From Candidatus Methylomirabilia bacterium (GTDB taxonomy: Bacteria > Methylomirabilota > Methylomirabilia > Rokubacteriales > CSP1-6), in the NCBI GenBank assembly GCA_041492755.1, contig JBGPXN010000052.1, positions 1-27,699 on the forward strand: 27,699 nt of DNA, read 5' to 3'. This document shows, one piece after another, positions 26,420-27,699 of this stretch. The translations under genes were made by a program, and so were the position numbers. Numbering within the stretch: the first letter of the stretch is position 1; the number at the start of each line of letters is the position of its first letter. The notes under the pieces were generated by a model. That model had not been told where the DNA came from. It ran no database searches and worked only from the letters and a program-made list of their open reading frames with translations.

Positions 26420-27382
26420 CTAGTAGGCGGCGTTGCCGGTCGGGCAGAAGATGAAGGTGAGTGGCCCACCCCCATGGGTGGGCGCGTACATGCCGCAGAA
26501 CATCGTCACGTGATCTGTGGCGAAGAAGTCATTGTAGGTGATGATTCCGAAGACGTACAACTTCCCCTTGCCACCAGCCAGCAATTCGCTCTCGGCTTGG
26601 GTTGGCTTCCGGATCGGATAGTCTCCCGGATAAGTCTGATCGGGTCCGATCAGCGACCGACTAGATACATCGGCTTCATGTCTCACTGCGGGCCTTGGCT
26701 GGGATGCGGCGTAGGCGAACCGAACGCCAATGGCCACATCCTGGGCCGGCATTTTCCCCGTGTTTTTCATAACGACTCTGACGACCAGTCCCTCTTCGAG
26801 GCGGCCCTTAAGTGGCTTGATGTCTGTCGCCAAGACATACGAGCGAAGGGTCAACTGATTGGACTTCTTCGTCTCGTCCAGGGCCCGCTTGGCGTTCCTT
26901 TCGGTGAACTGGTTTGCCGTCTTCATCGCGCCCAATTGTCCTTGCATAACCGAGGTGGAATTACAGGAAACCCAGAGATTCACGAGCGTCGCGACAAGGA
27001 TTCCTGCCGTCGCCCATGCCATGATCCATTCTGGGTGGCGTGGTGGGTGGCGGCCATCGCCTGCGCCTACTGCGCGGTGTGGATTGGCGGGGGGGTCGGG
27101 CGGGTTCTCGGCCGGCTCGATTGGCCGTAGCGGCTCCGGTGGTGGGGCCGAGGGATCTTCCTTCTTCTTGGCGTCGCGTTCACCCATATCGGCACCAACC
27201 TGTGGCTGTTCACGGGATGGTGTTGGCAATGATTCAGGCTCGCTTGCCACGCTTCTCCCGGTGCTCCGGTGCTCCTTCCGCTTCTCAGGCACTTCCGCAA
27301 CCGGCACGACAACGAGGCGCCGGAGAAACTCTTTGAACCTCGTAAACTCCTTGGTGGTCTTTGGCGGGGGCCGCTTGTCCAT
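26420..27382 (-). CDS. Hypothetical single-pass membrane protein (IS passenger), possibly fused to the IS small accessory ORF; alternative start 27187
   Basis: N-terminal EFTRFKEFLRRLVVVPVAEV helix; Pro-rich linker; TM segment WIMAWATAGILVATLVNLWV; coiled coil; beta domain with MKNTGKMPA and LYVFGIITYNDFF. Confidence 0.7.
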   Translation of the reverse strand: MDKRPPPKTTKEFTRFKEFLRRLVVVPVAEVPEKRKEHRSTGRSVASEPESLPTPSREQPQVGADMGERDAKKKEDPSAPPPEPLRPIEPAENPPDPPANPHRAVGAGDGRHPPRHPEWIMAWATAGILVATLVNLWVSCNSTSVMQGQLGAMKTANQFTERNAKRALDETKKSNQLTLRSYVLATDIKPLKGRLEEGLVVRVVMKNTGKMPAQDVAIGVRFAYAASQPRPAVRHEADVSSRSLIGPDQTYPGDYPIRKPTQAESELLAGGKGKLYVFGIITYNDFFATDHVTMFCGMYAPTHGGGPLTFIFCPTGNAAY

Positions 27383-27392
27383 AACTCCGCCT

Positions 27393-27532
27393 CTGGCGCG
27401 GGTGCGGCTCCTTGCAGACCCACAGCCAGCGCGTGCGGATGTAGCGCACGTCTCGGCTGCCGCACGTCGGGCAGGTCACGCCGGTCCGCCAGCGCGCCTC
27501 GACATGAGCGCGTGGCAGCGGTCGGGATTGTC
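27393..27532 (-). pseudogene. IS1595-family transposase N-terminal Zn-ribbon remnant
   Basis: DNPDRCHALM, a one-base frameshift, then (V)EARWRTGVTCPTCGSRDVRYIRTRWLWVCKEPHPRQ. No start codon and no DDE domain. Confidence 0.72.
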
Positions 27533-27537
27533 GTTAG

Positions 27538-27559
27538 CCCAACTTCCGCAGAAGTTGGG
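27538..27559. terminator. Perfect 9-bp hairpin (terminator or element end)
   Basis: CCCAACTTC-CGCA-GAAGTTGGG, 14 nt after the stop of the partial gene and just upstream of the transposase remnant. Confidence 0.45.
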
Positions 27560-27573
27560 TTGGTCGCGTGAGG

Positions 27574-27699
27574 TCAGCTCGGTTGTCCTCCGTCCGCGGG
27601 GGGGGCGGGAATGATAGCGCGCTCGGCCGCGCGACCGGCCTGGCCGCCGAGCCAGGCCACCGCGACCACGATCGCGAGCAGGACCGCCAGCGTCGCGAC
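27574..27699 (-). CDS. Partial CDS running off the window: hydrophobic segment and C-terminus
   Basis: VATLAVLLAIVVAVAWLGGQAGRAAERAIIPAPPADGGQPS*, with host-like GC-rich codons. Confidence 0.45.
   Translation of the reverse strand, partial: VATLAVLLAIVVAVAWLGGQAGRAAERAIIPAPPADGGQPS

Larger units (their letters stand above)
26244..27532 (-). mobile_element. Degenerate IS1595-family element with a passenger gene
   Basis: Visibly more AT-rich than the flanks. Zn-ribbon transposase remnant at 27393-27532; candidate end GGCGTCAACATACTTGAC at 26244; interrupts repeat copy C. Confidence 0.6.

Noticed and set aside
26387..27130. Plus-strand 247-aa ORF
   Set aside because: Antisense to the more protein-like passenger gene; no motifs or SD.
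27574..27699. Resemblance of AAERAIIPAPPAD to exported MsrA N-termini
   Set aside because: Too short; the frame stops before any GCFWG motif and the 5' part lies outside the window.

Overview
High-GC bacterial genomic window. Gene repertoire and repeat style suggest Candidatus Rokubacteria/Methylomirabilota; this is an inference, not verified. It holds about 21 intact CDS: a TRAP transporter (dctP-dctQ-dctM), an LLM-class oxidoreductase, a small lipoprotein, a bifunctional salicylyl-CoA 5-hydroxylase/anthraniloyl-CoA monooxygenase-type flavoenzyme, an MSMEG_1061-like FMN-binding protein, an MDR/quinone oxidoreductase, a bifunctional homocysteine S-methyltransferase/MTHFR (yitJ), a DUF2182-DUF1326 pair, a LigB-like extradiol dioxygenase preceded by a decayed HpaB-like fragment, an orphan family-5 ABC solute-binding protein, a geranylgeranyl-reductase-family flavoprotein, a full-length Lhr helicase, a three-gene operon (secreted protein, stand-alone Lrp/AsnC ligand-binding domain, D-2-hydroxyacid dehydrogenase), a YceI protein, and at the right end a more AT-rich relic of an IS1595-family element carrying a passenger gene. 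I saw no rRNA, tRNA or CRISPR array. The most notable non-coding signals are: (i) a double-hairpin REP/MITE-like repeat family whose copies sit just after stop codons in the sense orientation, one of them cut by the IS relic; and (ii) a consistent leaderless-promoter architecture (TANNNT 5-8 nt before SD-less start codons) at 7-8 genes, plus a Met-Pro-stop mini-ORF coupled to a downstream gene. I cannot demonstrate a complete novel system from sequence alone; these two signals and the DUF2182/DUF1326 module are the best leads.
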